Assembly (NCBI GenBank): GCA_031551525.1
Contig: JAVBNN010000004.1
Coordinates: 29,446 to 93,445 of the forward strand
DNA: 64,000 nucleotides
Direction: 5' to 3'
Source: Acidaminococcales bacterium
GTDB taxonomy: Bacteria; Bacillota; Negativicutes; Acidaminococcales; JAISLQ01
Shown here: positions 28,094 through 37,144 of the stretch, piece after piece
How the letters are laid out: each line of letters opens with the position of its first letter
How positions within the stretch are numbered: the first letter of the stretch is position 1
Program-made: the position numbers and the translations under genes
Notes under the pieces: generated by a model
The model's input: only the letters and a program-made list of their open reading frames with translations
Told to the model about the DNA's origin: nothing
Databases searched by the model: none

Positions 28094-29548
28094 TTAAATG
28101 TTCCTTTTTTCTTCCGAGGCTCTCTTTAGCCAACTTCGGGCCGCCTCGCGCAGAACTTCTCCTTCATTTTTAAGGTTGCCGTCCTGTACCCGCACAAGCG
28201 CCAATTTCAAGAACTCGCCCACAGATTTTTTATCCAATAAAATAACGCCTATTTCATCGCCGCCCACGGCCAGATCGCTGGTGTGCACCGGCATATCTTC
28301 CGCCGCCTTTATCAGCCGCTCCGCATAATAGCGGCTATACTCCAACTGCCGCTCTTGTGCGGTCGTCGCATTAAGGTCGGCCAGACATACTTCTTTTAAC
28401 TGCCACAGCGCCTCCACCAGTTGTCTGTTTGTTCGAAATTCGCCGCTGCGCGCCAGTTTGCGCAGCCAGTGGCGCAAACCTTTTTCGCTGCTGTTTTGGT
28501 GGAAGCCGAAATTCATATGCTGGGCGACCAGCCATGCTACCCTGCCCACAAAAGCCGGTGGATAGCCAAACCTCTGCAATATTTCCTGCGCCAGCAATCC
28601 CCCGGCTATATCATGCCCATGGTCGCTCGGCACGCCATCTTCGTCCACCGCGCGCACGCCCGGGGTGCCCTTCGCCACATCATGCAAGAGAACAGCCCAG
28701 CGGACTATCAGCTCAGCCTTTGACACGGCTACTGCGTTCACCGTATGTTCCCATACATCATACTGGTGGAAACGCTCATTTTGCAGTACACCAGAAAGCG
28801 CGGCTAATTCTGGCAATATCGGAGCCTGTAATGCCCGCCCGGCCTCTCTCACCTGAAAGCGCTCTCCGGCCAGGCCGCTGTCCACCAATAGCCGCAAGCC
28901 TGCCGCCACGTGAAGTGACAGCAATAGCAGCTCCAGCTCTTTTCTCACCCGTTCCCGCGACAGGCCCCGCACACACGGCAATGCAGCGCGTATAGCGGGC
29001 AATATGGCGTCGTCCGCCCTAAAACCTAGTTGTGCGCAAAATCGACAGGCGCGGAACATGCGCAAAGCATCTTCGGAAAAACGGTTACTGGCCAAACCTA
29101 CTGTGCGCAGTATCTTATTGGTCAGATCGACTTGCCCGTCGAATAAGTCGGTCAACACACCGTCACTTGTGAGCGCCATAGCGTTGACCGTAAAATCTCG
29201 CCTCGACAGATCTTCCCTTAAATCAACGGCAAATTCAACTTCATGTGGCCGGTGAGCGTCCGTGCCGTATATTTCCCGGCGGAAGGTTGCCACTTCTACT
29301 CCCTGCCCATCTGCCACGACCACTACGACACCAAAATTTTGTCCTAGTTTTTCTACTACCGGCCAGCCTTGCCTGTCCGCCAAAGAGGCCACCTCTTCCG
29401 GGCGGGCATCCGTCGCTATGTCATAGTCCTTGGGCTCCGCGCCCAGCAAAATGTCCCGAACCGCGCCACCCACAATGTATGCCTGATAGCCCCCGCCGGA
29501 TAATGCTGCCAGTATTTTTTCTATATAATCAGGTATTTTTATTTTCAT
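28094..29548 (-). CDS. cca: CCA-adding tRNA nucleotidyltransferase with C-terminal HD domain
   Basis: Start re-set to MKIKIPDYIEKIL, with GGAGGA 6 nt upstream. It has the nucleotidyltransferase motif YIVGGAVRDILLGAEPKDYDIAT and RRDFTVNA, plus a later HD motif LLHDVAKG. Confidence 0.85.
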   Translation of the reverse strand: MKIKIPDYIEKILAALSGGGYQAYIVGGAVRDILLGAEPKDYDIATDARPEEVASLADRQGWPVVEKLGQNFGVVVVVADGQGVEVATFRREIYGTDAHRPHEVEFAVDLREDLSRRDFTVNAMALTSDGVLTDLFDGQVDLTNKILRTVGLASNRFSEDALRMFRACRFCAQLGFRADDAILPAIRAALPCVRGLSRERVRKELELLLLSLHVAAGLRLLVDSGLAGERFQVREAGRALQAPILPELAALSGVLQNERFHQYDVWEHTVNAVAVSKAELIVRWAVLLHDVAKGTPGVRAVDEDGVPSDHGHDIAGGLLAQEILQRFGYPPAFVGRVAWLVAQHMNFGFHQNSSEKGLRHWLRKLARSGEFRTNRQLVEALWQLKEVCLADLNATTAQERQLEYSRYYAERLIKAAEDMPVHTSDLAVGGDEIGVILLDKKSVGEFLKLALVRVQDGNLKNEGEVLREAARSWLKRASEEKRNI

Positions 29549-29618
29549 ACTATCCTCCGTTACCAGGCTTGCAGAAAAAAACTGACAGGAGCAGGGACGC
29601 CGCCCCACGCACTATCAG

Positions 29619-31256
29619 TCATTTACTGGATTTTTCTTCTTTGGCCGGTTTTTCCGGCGCAAGATCATTATATGCCTCCAACCCCAGCCCTGTCCATACT
29701 TGTCGATCTTTAGCAGGCTTAAACTGTTCACTCGTTATGTTATATTGTGGGCGTTTGTCAAAATAGTCTATCTGGGCCAACGACAGGTAGGTTTCTAAAA
29801 AATATTCCTGCGTAATGGGCTTTGTCCTGTTAGCTTTAAGCGTACCGATGACTTCGTCGTCCGTCCTGTGCCACCAGGCATCATTGGCCGTAAGAAAAAA
29901 AGCTATATGGTAGCCGCCTTTGGCCCTTCCTACATATTTTGATGTACCGTCATCAAACAACGTCGTGCCGTGGTCAGACATGAAGGACATGAAAACCGGC
30001 TCTTTTTGGGCATATACCCAGGAAGCCAGCGTATCTACAAAGTTGGCGCTGTACATGACCGCATTGCGGTAAGAGTTTTTAAGATACAGAGGATTGTTGG
30101 CCGCTTCGCCAAAATCACGCACCGTTTTAAAAGACGGCTGGCAGATGTCGAATTTTTCCGGGTAACGGTCTTCATAAAGATAATGCGCACCGATCATTTT
30201 TATAACGACGAGTTTCTTTTTCACCGAGGTATCGTCAAGTATTTTTCGGATATGAGGAAGCATGCCTACATCGTCAAAAGAGCCGGATTTGTCGACGTGA
30301 TTGATATATTGGTCGGCCTCGAGGAAGATCATGTTCATAGCGTCATCTTCCGGCTGGGTTTTTTTCTCGTAGGACAGGCTGTAGGTCTTGTAGCCCGCTT
30401 CCTTAAAGGCGCTGATGATGGATTTTTCTTCATAAAACCGGTTTTCATAATCTACCGGTTTCCTGGTCATGATGAGCGGCACCGCGCCAGTCGTATAGCC
30501 ATAGCCGCTCACCAGGTCGGAAAAAGGGATGAGCGTGCCTTTCTTGCGCGCTTGTAAAAGATGCGGCGAATATTCTGGCGTATAACCATATTCTTCAAAA
30601 TAATCCTGGCGGTGGGTCTCGCCGATTACGATTATGTACGTCGAACGATCCTGGTTGGACAGGTCTTTAGCTTGAAAACTGAATTTCTTGTACCGGTCGA
30701 TGATAGCCGCGCTTTCGCTCATTTCCTGCCGGTAGGCGTAAACTGGTGCCCCCAGGTCATTCCACAAACCAAAGCCCAAAAACGTCAGCGCCAACAAGGC
30801 TGGGTAGCGCTTTTCCGTCTGGTACGGGCCAAAACGGTAAGTAAGATAGCAAAAAGCAACCAATCCCAAGAACATACTGTATTCCTGCCAGGTGATCAGC
30901 TGCAAATAAGTAAAAAATTCCAGCCAGTTGGTTTCCGAGGTGATGACCAGTATCTCCCTGCCAATACGCGCAAAGGGATAACTGTAGTTCGTCACGATAT
31001 GATTTTGGAACAGCACGGAAAAACCGATGATAAACAGGTACGAAGCGCGTAAAAAACCGCCGCCGAAAAAGAAAAGCAGCACGGTGGCAGCCGTCAGCAT
31101 TAATGCCTGGGCCTCTTTCATGTAAAAATCCGTCGCCCAACTGATAAATATATAGGCGCACACAAAATAGGCCACCGCCATAAATGCCCTGCGCCAGCCC
31201 GAAAAACGCTTTTTGAGTTCATCCTTGCTAAAATGTAGCATCTTTATTCCCTGCAT
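29619..31256 (-). CDS. phosphoethanolamine transferase-like membrane sulfatase-fold enzyme (EptA/MCR family architecture)
   Basis: The N-terminal ~190 aa contain five hydrophobic helices. The periplasmic domain carries IVIGETHRQDY (nucleophile Thr context), IGAHYLYEDRYPEKFDICQP, NSYRNAVMYSANFV and FMSDHGTTLFDDG, which parallel EptA motifs. Confidence 0.65.
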   Translation of the reverse strand: MQGIKMLHFSKDELKKRFSGWRRAFMAVAYFVCAYIFISWATDFYMKEAQALMLTAATVLLFFFGGGFLRASYLFIIGFSVLFQNHIVTNYSYPFARIGREILVITSETNWLEFFTYLQLITWQEYSMFLGLVAFCYLTYRFGPYQTEKRYPALLALTFLGFGLWNDLGAPVYAYRQEMSESAAIIDRYKKFSFQAKDLSNQDRSTYIIVIGETHRQDYFEEYGYTPEYSPHLLQARKKGTLIPFSDLVSGYGYTTGAVPLIMTRKPVDYENRFYEEKSIISAFKEAGYKTYSLSYEKKTQPEDDAMNMIFLEADQYINHVDKSGSFDDVGMLPHIRKILDDTSVKKKLVVIKMIGAHYLYEDRYPEKFDICQPSFKTVRDFGEAANNPLYLKNSYRNAVMYSANFVDTLASWVYAQKEPVFMSFMSDHGTTLFDDGTSKYVGRAKGGYHIAFFLTANDAWWHRTDDEVIGTLKANRTKPITQEYFLETYLSLAQIDYFDKRPQYNITSEQFKPAKDRQVWTGLGLEAYNDLAPEKPAKEEKSSK

Positions 31257-31289
31257 GTTTTTTGCACTGACACTATTTTAACACTTTGC

Positions 31290-31327
31290 CGTAAAAAATA
31301 AAGAGGCGGAAAAAAATTTTCCGCCTG
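31290..31327 (-). terminator. terminator after cbiZ
   Basis: Stem aggcgga(aaa) / (ttt)tccgcct around 31304-31326. On the - strand it is followed by ctttatttttt. Confidence 0.7.
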
Positions 31328-31336
31328 GCAAAACTT

Positions 31337-32293
31337 TTATTTTATCCATTCTTTGAGCAGTGGGTATCTGCGCAGAAGTTCTCCGTACAGTTCACCACAA
31401 GCGCTGTCAGGCACTCCGCCCCACTCCTGGCGCTCTTTTACCGCCTGCCAGAAGGACAGCCCCGTTAAAAGTTCTTCCTGACTGTCAAATGACAGTGCGG
31501 CAAAACGCCTGTTTAGTTCGTTATATTCTTTTTTTGTCCTGGCCATACGGCATAGCACACGTTTAGCTGTTAGTTGAGAGCCGCGCGTCCAATAACATTC
31601 GTTGGCCAAAGTTTGCGCTACCGCCTGTTTTACCGCTTGCGCCAGCAAAAAACCAGTCTCGGAATGAGTGCCGATATCCCTGTATTCGCGGCCGGCGTCA
31701 TCCATAACTATCACCGCGCCATCGGTACCAGTGCCGGTAGCGGTATAGCCGCCGCAAATGCTGTGCACGCCCAATTCGGCCAGTACAGCGCTTTTCGCCT
31801 CGGTCACGGTGATCAGCGCGCGAGCCAGCGTTCCGGGCGACAAGGCAAAAGATAGAAAAGCAAAAATATTGATGGTTCCGCCGATGGGCTGAAATCCGCC
31901 GTCCACCTCCCGGTACTGCGGCTCTTCCCCGGCGCGGGCGGCGTTTCCTTCCACTCCGCCGGTGGCAAAAACCTCGACCGATAAACCGTCGGCAAACACA
32001 ACCGCATGTCCATAACACTCCATGCGCGCGCTGGTCAAAAGACCGCTGGCGCCAGGGCAAGCTAGCCGCAACGCCACCCCCGCCATATAGGCCTCTACGC
32101 TGCCGCCCGGCAGATCGCTTTCCATTACTATGCCTTTAGGCAGGCGCTGGTTAAAAAGACCGGAGTACTTCCCCAGCCCTCCCCCAGCGCCGGTACTCAA
32201 TGCGGTACGCGGCGCAGGGAAAGAAAAAAACATATTGTCCGGCGTCACCTTACATAAACCGCCGCCAGTCAGCCGACATTCCTTGATGACCAT
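31337..32293 (-). CDS. cbiZ: adenosylcobinamide amidohydrolase
   Basis: Start re-set to MVIKECRL, with AAGGAG 7 nt upstream. CbiZ-like core: EVFATGGVEGNAARAGE...GTINIFAFLSFALSPGTLARALITVTEAKSAVLAELG...TGTGTDGAVIVMD. It is the last gene of a riboswitch-controlled corrinoid uptake operon. Confidence 0.75.
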   Translation of the reverse strand: MVIKECRLTGGGLCKVTPDNMFFSFPAPRTALSTGAGGGLGKYSGLFNQRLPKGIVMESDLPGGSVEAYMAGVALRLACPGASGLLTSARMECYGHAVVFADGLSVEVFATGGVEGNAARAGEEPQYREVDGGFQPIGGTINIFAFLSFALSPGTLARALITVTEAKSAVLAELGVHSICGGYTATGTGTDGAVIVMDDAGREYRDIGTHSETGFLLAQAVKQAVAQTLANECYWTRGSQLTAKRVLCRMARTKKEYNELNRRFAALSFDSQEELLTGLSFWQAVKERQEWGGVPDSACGELYGELLRRYPLLKEWIK

Positions 32294-32334
32294 CAGAAAA
32301 CTCCTTTGGTGTTGCCGGTTCACCGGCAACTATG

Positions 32335-34143
32335 TTAGAACTTCATTTCCCAACCGGCCATGAAGCTTATCCCGTTGGCCGGATAGTATTTAACAGTGTC
32401 GTATTTATGGTCGAACAGGTTATAAATATTTAAATAGATTTTTTGATCTTTGCTTATATTATACTGAGTCGAGGTGTTGAATACCGCGTAGCCGTTTATG
32501 GCATTGTTCGTTACCTGGTCCTGCTTAGAGACCGCATCCATGGTCAGCGACTGGCGGAACCGTTTATTTTCATAGTGGATGCCCATATGCCCCTGATGTT
32601 GCGGTTCGTTAACCGGCTCGCTGGTCTTGCTGTCAAGATAGGTGTAGTTGGCATCCATACTGATATAGCTGGTGAGTTTGCCGTTCCAGGCCAGCACTAT
32701 GCCCTGGGTGCGATAAGAGTCGATATTTTCGACTGTCCATGGATCCATCCAGGTCGCCCCCGGCATCCATTTCATGGCGTCTTTCATATCACGGTTGAAG
32801 TAAGTCAGAGTGACCGAGTGATTGTCGCCAAAGTTCTTTTTGACGCCGGTCTCCACCGACCAGCCTTTTTCAGGGGTCAGGTTAGGGTTGCCCTGCATAT
32901 AAGCGTCTACATAGTAAAGATCGTCAAAGCTGGGCGCACGGAACACCTTGCCCCAGTTAGCAAAAAAGCTAAAATCACTGCTGGCTGACCACACCGCACC
33001 GATTTTAGGCAGCCACTGGTCGCCAAAGTCGCTGTTGTCTTCATAACGGAGGCCCGGCGTCAAAATAAGCTTGCCTAGTGTTAGCTCGTCCTGCAGGAAG
33101 TAAGCCTGCGTCCGGCGTTTTTTATGCGCGGAATATTTGGTGCTTTCCACTTTGTCTTCCCGCAGATCTACGCCCCAGGACAACAGGTTGCTGTCACTCA
33201 ATTTGCTATTGCCGTCGTACAGTATGCCGTTCAAAGTCTCATCATAACGGTAACTGCCCCAGTTTTCACCGTTTTGTTTTTTGTGGTTCTGGTATATCTG
33301 CAAATTGAAGCCTTCTTTATTATACCCGAGGTTGTAGGTCTGGCGCAGCACTTTGCCATAATCGCCCGGCGTGGGGCTGATCGTGTAACCAGGCAAACCG
33401 TATTTTTCCCAATGGTAGTCATAGGTAAAAAACAGATCGCCGCCCGCGGTATCACGGTCGAGACGCAGGCTGATGTCACCGTCCCGGCCAAAACCGTTTT
33501 CCCGAAAGCCGTCTGTCGTGTAATAGCTGCCGTTGAGCCGCCAGCGATATTTGCCATCAGCGCCGGAAGTGCCAATTTGATACTGTTGTTGCTGATCGTC
33601 GCCGAAGGCCAGGCCGATGTAGCTTTTGCCGTCTTTGGAGCCTTTTTTGGTGAATATCTGGATGACGCCGCCGACCGCGTCAGCGCCGTAGAGAGCCGAA
33701 CCGCCGCCGCGCACTACTTCTATGCGGTCGATGCTGTTGGCGTCTATGTTGAAATTGTTCAGATCAATGCCGCCTTTGCCGCTCGATATACCTTGGGCGG
33801 CATTCATGCGTACGCCATCTATAAGTACGACCACCCGGTCGCTGCCGTTTATATAGGGTATGGCAACACCGCTGCGCCCGTTATAGCGGCTGACCGCCAC
33901 GCCGGGAGTACCCTCGAGTGCGTCCGCCATGGTCACAGCGCCTTTGTCTTCCCAGTCTTTGGCAGTGAGTACGGTCACATCGGCTGGAACTTTCATGGTG
34001 TTTTGCCCCACGCGGGTAGCGGTCACCACCACCGGGTCAAGTTCAAAGGTCTCTTCTTTTGCCTCCTCGGCATAGACCGGCCCGGCAAAACTGCTTACCC
34101 CCATGGCCAATCCCAATAGCAATGCCTTTTTACTGTTTGTCAT
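32335..34143 (-). CDS. btuB: TonB-dependent receptor (BtuB-like by context)
   Basis: Start re-set to MTNSKKALLLGLAMGVSSFAGPVYA|EE. The track start at 34212 would overlap btuD by 83 nt. It has a TonB box/plug (LDPVVVTATR...PGVAV), a beta-barrel body and a terminal ...GWEMKF. Confidence 0.85.
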   Translation of the reverse strand: MTNSKKALLLGLAMGVSSFAGPVYAEEAKEETFELDPVVVTATRVGQNTMKVPADVTVLTAKDWEDKGAVTMADALEGTPGVAVSRYNGRSGVAIPYINGSDRVVVLIDGVRMNAAQGISSGKGGIDLNNFNIDANSIDRIEVVRGGGSALYGADAVGGVIQIFTKKGSKDGKSYIGLAFGDDQQQQYQIGTSGADGKYRWRLNGSYYTTDGFRENGFGRDGDISLRLDRDTAGGDLFFTYDYHWEKYGLPGYTISPTPGDYGKVLRQTYNLGYNKEGFNLQIYQNHKKQNGENWGSYRYDETLNGILYDGNSKLSDSNLLSWGVDLREDKVESTKYSAHKKRRTQAYFLQDELTLGKLILTPGLRYEDNSDFGDQWLPKIGAVWSASSDFSFFANWGKVFRAPSFDDLYYVDAYMQGNPNLTPEKGWSVETGVKKNFGDNHSVTLTYFNRDMKDAMKWMPGATWMDPWTVENIDSYRTQGIVLAWNGKLTSYISMDANYTYLDSKTSEPVNEPQHQGHMGIHYENKRFRQSLTMDAVSKQDQVTNNAINGYAVFNTSTQYNISKDQKIYLNIYNLFDHKYDTVKYYPANGISFMAGWEMKF

Positions 34144-34933
34144 TTTCTGCGTCCTTTCTTCTGTAACATATACGTGCCCAATAAGCTCCGTCTGCGTCTT
34201 TATCAAGTTCAAAAGGTATTTCGTACAGACTGCCCAGTTTCTCTTCGTCCAGTATCTCTTCCTTGCGTCCTTGGTGCTCTATCCTGCCCTGCCTGAGAAG
34301 TATCAGGTGGCTGCTGAAGGCCATGGCCAGGTTTATGTCGTGCAAGATGGCGATCACCGCCAGTTTTTCCTCCCGGCACAATTTTTCCAGCAAAAGAAAA
34401 ACTTCACTCTGGCTTTTTACGTCAAGATGGGAAGTGGGTTCGTCAAGCAGCAGGAGTTCGACTTCCTGCGCCAAGGCTCTCGCTACCCATACTTTTTGCC
34501 GCTCGCCCTGGCTCAGATGAGTAAGAAGGCAGTTCCTCTTGTGCAATATGCCGACAGCCTCCATGGCTGACTGTACTTTTTCTTCATCTTCCGGGTGCGC
34601 CTGGCCGAAACGTCCGAAGCGGGCGAACCTGCCCATCAGCACAGTTTCCTCCACGGTGAAGGAATTGTTGCCCTCTTCTACCGCCACCATGCCTATTTTT
34701 TGCGCCACTAGCTTGCGCGGCAATTTATTGAGGTCTTTCCCGTCCAGCAACACTTGCCCCTCTAGTGGCTGCAACCAGCCGCCCAAAGTACGGAGAAAAG
34801 TAGTCTTGCCGCTGCCGTTCGGCCCTAAAAGGCACCAAAACTCGCCTTTTTTTACGGAAAAATCCAGCTCCTTCAGTATCGTCCGCTTGCCCAACCGGAC
34901 GGAAATATTTTTTACCTCGAGATACCTGTCCAT
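34130..34933 (-). CDS. btuD: corrinoid/iron-siderophore type ABC transporter ATP-binding protein
   Basis: Start re-set to MDRYLEVKNISVRL. The ATG shares 1 nt with the btuC stop (TGATG). Walker A GPNGSGKTT, signature LSQGERQKVWVARAL and Walker B LLLDEPTSHLD are present. Confidence 0.85.
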   Translation of the reverse strand: MDRYLEVKNISVRLGKRTILKELDFSVKKGEFWCLLGPNGSGKTTFLRTLGGWLQPLEGQVLLDGKDLNKLPRKLVAQKIGMVAVEEGNNSFTVEETVLMGRFARFGRFGQAHPEDEEKVQSAMEAVGILHKRNCLLTHLSQGERQKVWVARALAQEVELLLLDEPTSHLDVKSQSEVFLLLEKLCREEKLAVIAILHDINLAMAFSSHLILLRQGRIEHQGRKEEILDEEKLGSLYEIPFELDKDADGAYWARICYRRKDAENDKQ

Positions 34934-35910
34934 CAGTGCCGCCCCCTCGTCCACAGAATATAGAGAAAGAAGGGCGCTCCAAACAGTGCCGTCACAACGC
35001 CGATCGGCAAAGTGGAAAACCATGGTGTCAGGCGGATAAGCCCGTCCGCCCACATCAGCAGCACGCCGCCCAATACGGCGGACAGGGGAAGCAACAGAGT
35101 GTGCGAAGCCCCCACCCAATTACGCAAAAGATGCGGTACGATCAAGCCTACAAAACCGATAGCCCCGCTCATGGACACAGCAAGGCTGGTAATCATAGCC
35201 GACAGTAAAAGGATGATATTTCTCACCTTTTTTACTTCCACTCCGAGAAAAAAGGCCTGTTCGTCACCGAGGCTAATGAGGTCAAGCTCCCTGGCGTAAC
35301 TCATAAGAAAAATCATACCTATAAATATAAATAAACAGATCATGGGAAAATTGTCCGGCGGCATGGCTACGCTGCCCATTACCCAAAAAAAGATGACCTG
35401 CATCTGCTGGGCGTACATCGACATGACCGCGCTCAGACAAGCGTTGGCGAGCGCCGATATGGCCACGCCAGCCAACAGCAAATGAGTGACGTTACGGGTC
35501 GTGGAAAACCGCCCGTCCAGCCCTTTGACCAGAAATATGGTCAGTACGCCTCCCAAAAAGGCTGCCATACTTATCTGGTGAGGATTTCCTGACACAATGG
35601 CCAGCGCGGCCCCCAAAGCTGCGCCGCTCGATATGCCGAGAATAAATGGTTCAGCCAGCGGGTTTTTAAATATCGCCTGTTGGCAGGCGCCCGCCGTAGC
35701 CAAAGCTGCTCCCACCGTCAAAGCCAGCATGATACGCGGCCAGCGCAACTGCCACACTATGACCGCTTCCTGCGGGGTGAAATTTTCTATCCCCAGTAAG
35801 GATTTGGTAAAATGCGCGAAACCTATCGCCTGGGAACCAGACCAAAGAAGGATGAATATACTGGCGGCGAGCACGGCAGCCGCTGCAGCCAGCTGTTTTT
35901 TGTGCTTCAT
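34933..35910 (-). CDS. btuC: FecCD/BtuC-family ABC transporter permease
   Basis: 325 aa with about 9-10 TM segments. It has FecCD-like motifs (RIMLALTVGAALATAGACQQAIFKNPLAEPFILGISSGAALG). The ATGA overlaps btuF. Confidence 0.85.
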   Translation of the reverse strand: MKHKKQLAAAAAVLAASIFILLWSGSQAIGFAHFTKSLLGIENFTPQEAVIVWQLRWPRIMLALTVGAALATAGACQQAIFKNPLAEPFILGISSGAALGAALAIVSGNPHQISMAAFLGGVLTIFLVKGLDGRFSTTRNVTHLLLAGVAISALANACLSAVMSMYAQQMQVIFFWVMGSVAMPPDNFPMICLFIFIGMIFLMSYARELDLISLGDEQAFFLGVEVKKVRNIILLLSAMITSLAVSMSGAIGFVGLIVPHLLRNWVGASHTLLLPLSAVLGGVLLMWADGLIRLTPWFSTLPIGVVTALFGAPFFLYILWTRGRH

Positions 35911-36776
35911 CGCGCCCCTCCTTCAGGATAGATGGCCCGGAATATCTCCGGCAGCGCTTCAAAACTGCGCGGCCCCGGCCTTACTATCCAGTCGCCGAAT
36001 ACCGTGACCACCGCGTTTTCCTTTACCGCCCCGAGGCTGGTCAGTTTGCCCGGCAGTTTATCCGCCTTGCTGCCCATATCGTTGCCCCTAAGACGCAGGT
36101 ATACATCCGGGTCAGCGGTATATATCTCCTCCATATCCCAGGAGAAGTAGTCCCGGTCCGCCCTGGCGGCCACATTGATCCCGCCCGCCTGGCGAACGAG
36201 ATCATTCAGGTAGGATTTATTGCCCACGGTCAATAGCGGATGGTCCCAGACTTCTATAAAAACGCGCTTTTGGCGCGGTATATCTTTTAACTGATCACTG
36301 GCGCCGCTACGCAGCTTATCGAGCTTTTCCGTCAGCACGGCCCCTTCTTCTTTACGTCCGATCAAAGCCGCAATATTTTCTATACTCGTTAAAACTTGCG
36401 CAAGATTCTCATTTTTCACCGGCACTACCCACATCCCGGCTCGTCTAAGCTGGCGTACCGTCTCTGCCTGCAAACTGCCGTCGGCCAGTACAATATCTGG
36501 TCTGAGGGATATTATTTTTTCTATGTCGCAGTTATAAAAATTGCCGATCTTTTCTTTTTTCGTCGCTTCCGGCGGATAATCGCAATAGGTGGTCACTCCT
36601 ACCACTTCGTTTTGTGCCCCCAGAGCGAACAGAACCTCAGTGTTCGACGGCGACAGGGATACTATTCTCTTTACTTCACCTCGCGCCTCTGCCGTACGAT
36701 CTTCCACGCGTCCACCGATGACTACCAGATAGAGCGCCGCTATGAAAAAAAAGCACCATACCAGTTTTTCCCTCAT
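35907..36776 (-). CDS. btuF: periplasmic corrinoid-binding protein of ABC transporter
   Basis: Start re-set to MREKLVWCFFFIAALYLVV (signal/anchor), with AAGAGGA upstream. The track's extra 48 codons (36777..36920) lie on the riboswitch terminator. PBP motif RIVSLSPSNTEVLFALGA...VGVT. Confidence 0.8.
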   Translation of the reverse strand: MREKLVWCFFFIAALYLVVIGGRVEDRTAEARGEVKRIVSLSPSNTEVLFALGAQNEVVGVTTYCDYPPEATKKEKIGNFYNCDIEKIISLRPDIVLADGSLQAETVRQLRRAGMWVVPVKNENLAQVLTSIENIAALIGRKEEGAVLTEKLDKLRSGASDQLKDIPRQKRVFIEVWDHPLLTVGNKSYLNDLVRQAGGINVAARADRDYFSWDMEEIYTADPDVYLRLRGNDMGSKADKLPGKLTSLGAVKENAVVTVFGDWIVRPGPRSFEALPEIFRAIYPEGGAR

Positions 36777-36794
36777 GCAAATCCTCTTTCTTAG

Positions 36795-36828
36795 AAAATA
36801 TAAAAGGCCTCTCCGTGAAAGAGAGGCC
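36795..36828 (-). terminator. intrinsic terminator, the expression platform of the cobalamin riboswitch
   Basis: Stem ggcctctc (36806-36813) / gagaggcc (36821-36828) with a 7-nt loop. On the - strand it is followed by ttttatatttt (complement of 36795-36805). It lies about 20 nt upstream of the btuF ribosome-binding site. Confidence 0.8.
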
Positions 36829-36914
36829 GTCAAAGCAGTTCTACAGCACAAAACAGTGCCAAGAATACCAGTGGCTAATCCCCTTCCCCATCGCTCGTGG
36901 GTGCAAACGGTGAT

Positions 36915-37080
36915 TGTCAAACAGGCAGTTCTCCTGGCTCCGGTTCATCGCTCGCCCGCCCCTTCCCAGGAATACTCCCAGTGGTTTATTGCGGACTTGC
37001 TCACCTTTACAGTGACGAGATCGCGCCGGATTTTCACCGGACTTCTCTATTCAGCCATCGCTGGCCTACACCTTATAAGG
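36915..37080 (-). promoter_or_regulatory. cobalamin (B12) riboswitch aptamer
   Basis: The - strand transcript contains the conserved blocks AGAGAAguccGGUGAAAAUCCggcGC...CACUGUAA...CCACUGGgaguauuCCUGGGAAGG. It also contains the B12 box GAGCCAGGAGAACUGCC (complement of 36924-36940). The order and spacing match the RF00174 consensus as I remember it. Confidence 0.85.
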
Positions 37081-37115
37081 TACCTGTTTCGCTCATTATT
37101 GAATTTAACTATTTT

Positions 37116-37144
37116 AGTATAGCATTTTATTATTTGGGTGGCAA
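37116..37144 (-). promoter_or_regulatory. promoter of the btu operon, overlapping the last codons of ilvB
   Basis: On the - strand: TTGCCA (complement of 37139-37144), a 17-nt spacer ending in TGC, then TATACT (complement of 37116-37121). This amounts to an extended -10 (TGcTATACT). Confidence 0.55.

Noticed and set aside
32311-32330. GC-rich hairpin gttgccgg-ttca-ccggcaac between the TonB receptor gene and cbiZ, considered as a possible terminator.
   Set aside because: - No U-tract follows it on the - strand.
- The cbiZ ribosome-binding site starts 3 nt after it.
- It is more likely an mRNA stability or processing element, or it has no function.
36777-36920. N-terminal extensions given by the ORF track. 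Examples: btuF 36777..36920, serA 49085..49213, mutM 4439..4492, leuA 44655..44705, cca 29549..29608, btuD 34934..35119, btuB 34144..34212, ABC-F 51384..51449, MATE 56203..56262.
   Set aside because: - The extended starts run through riboswitch or T-box terminators, or overlap the upstream gene by tens of codons.
- An internal start with a strong Shine-Dalgarno site reproduces the conserved family N-terminus in every case.
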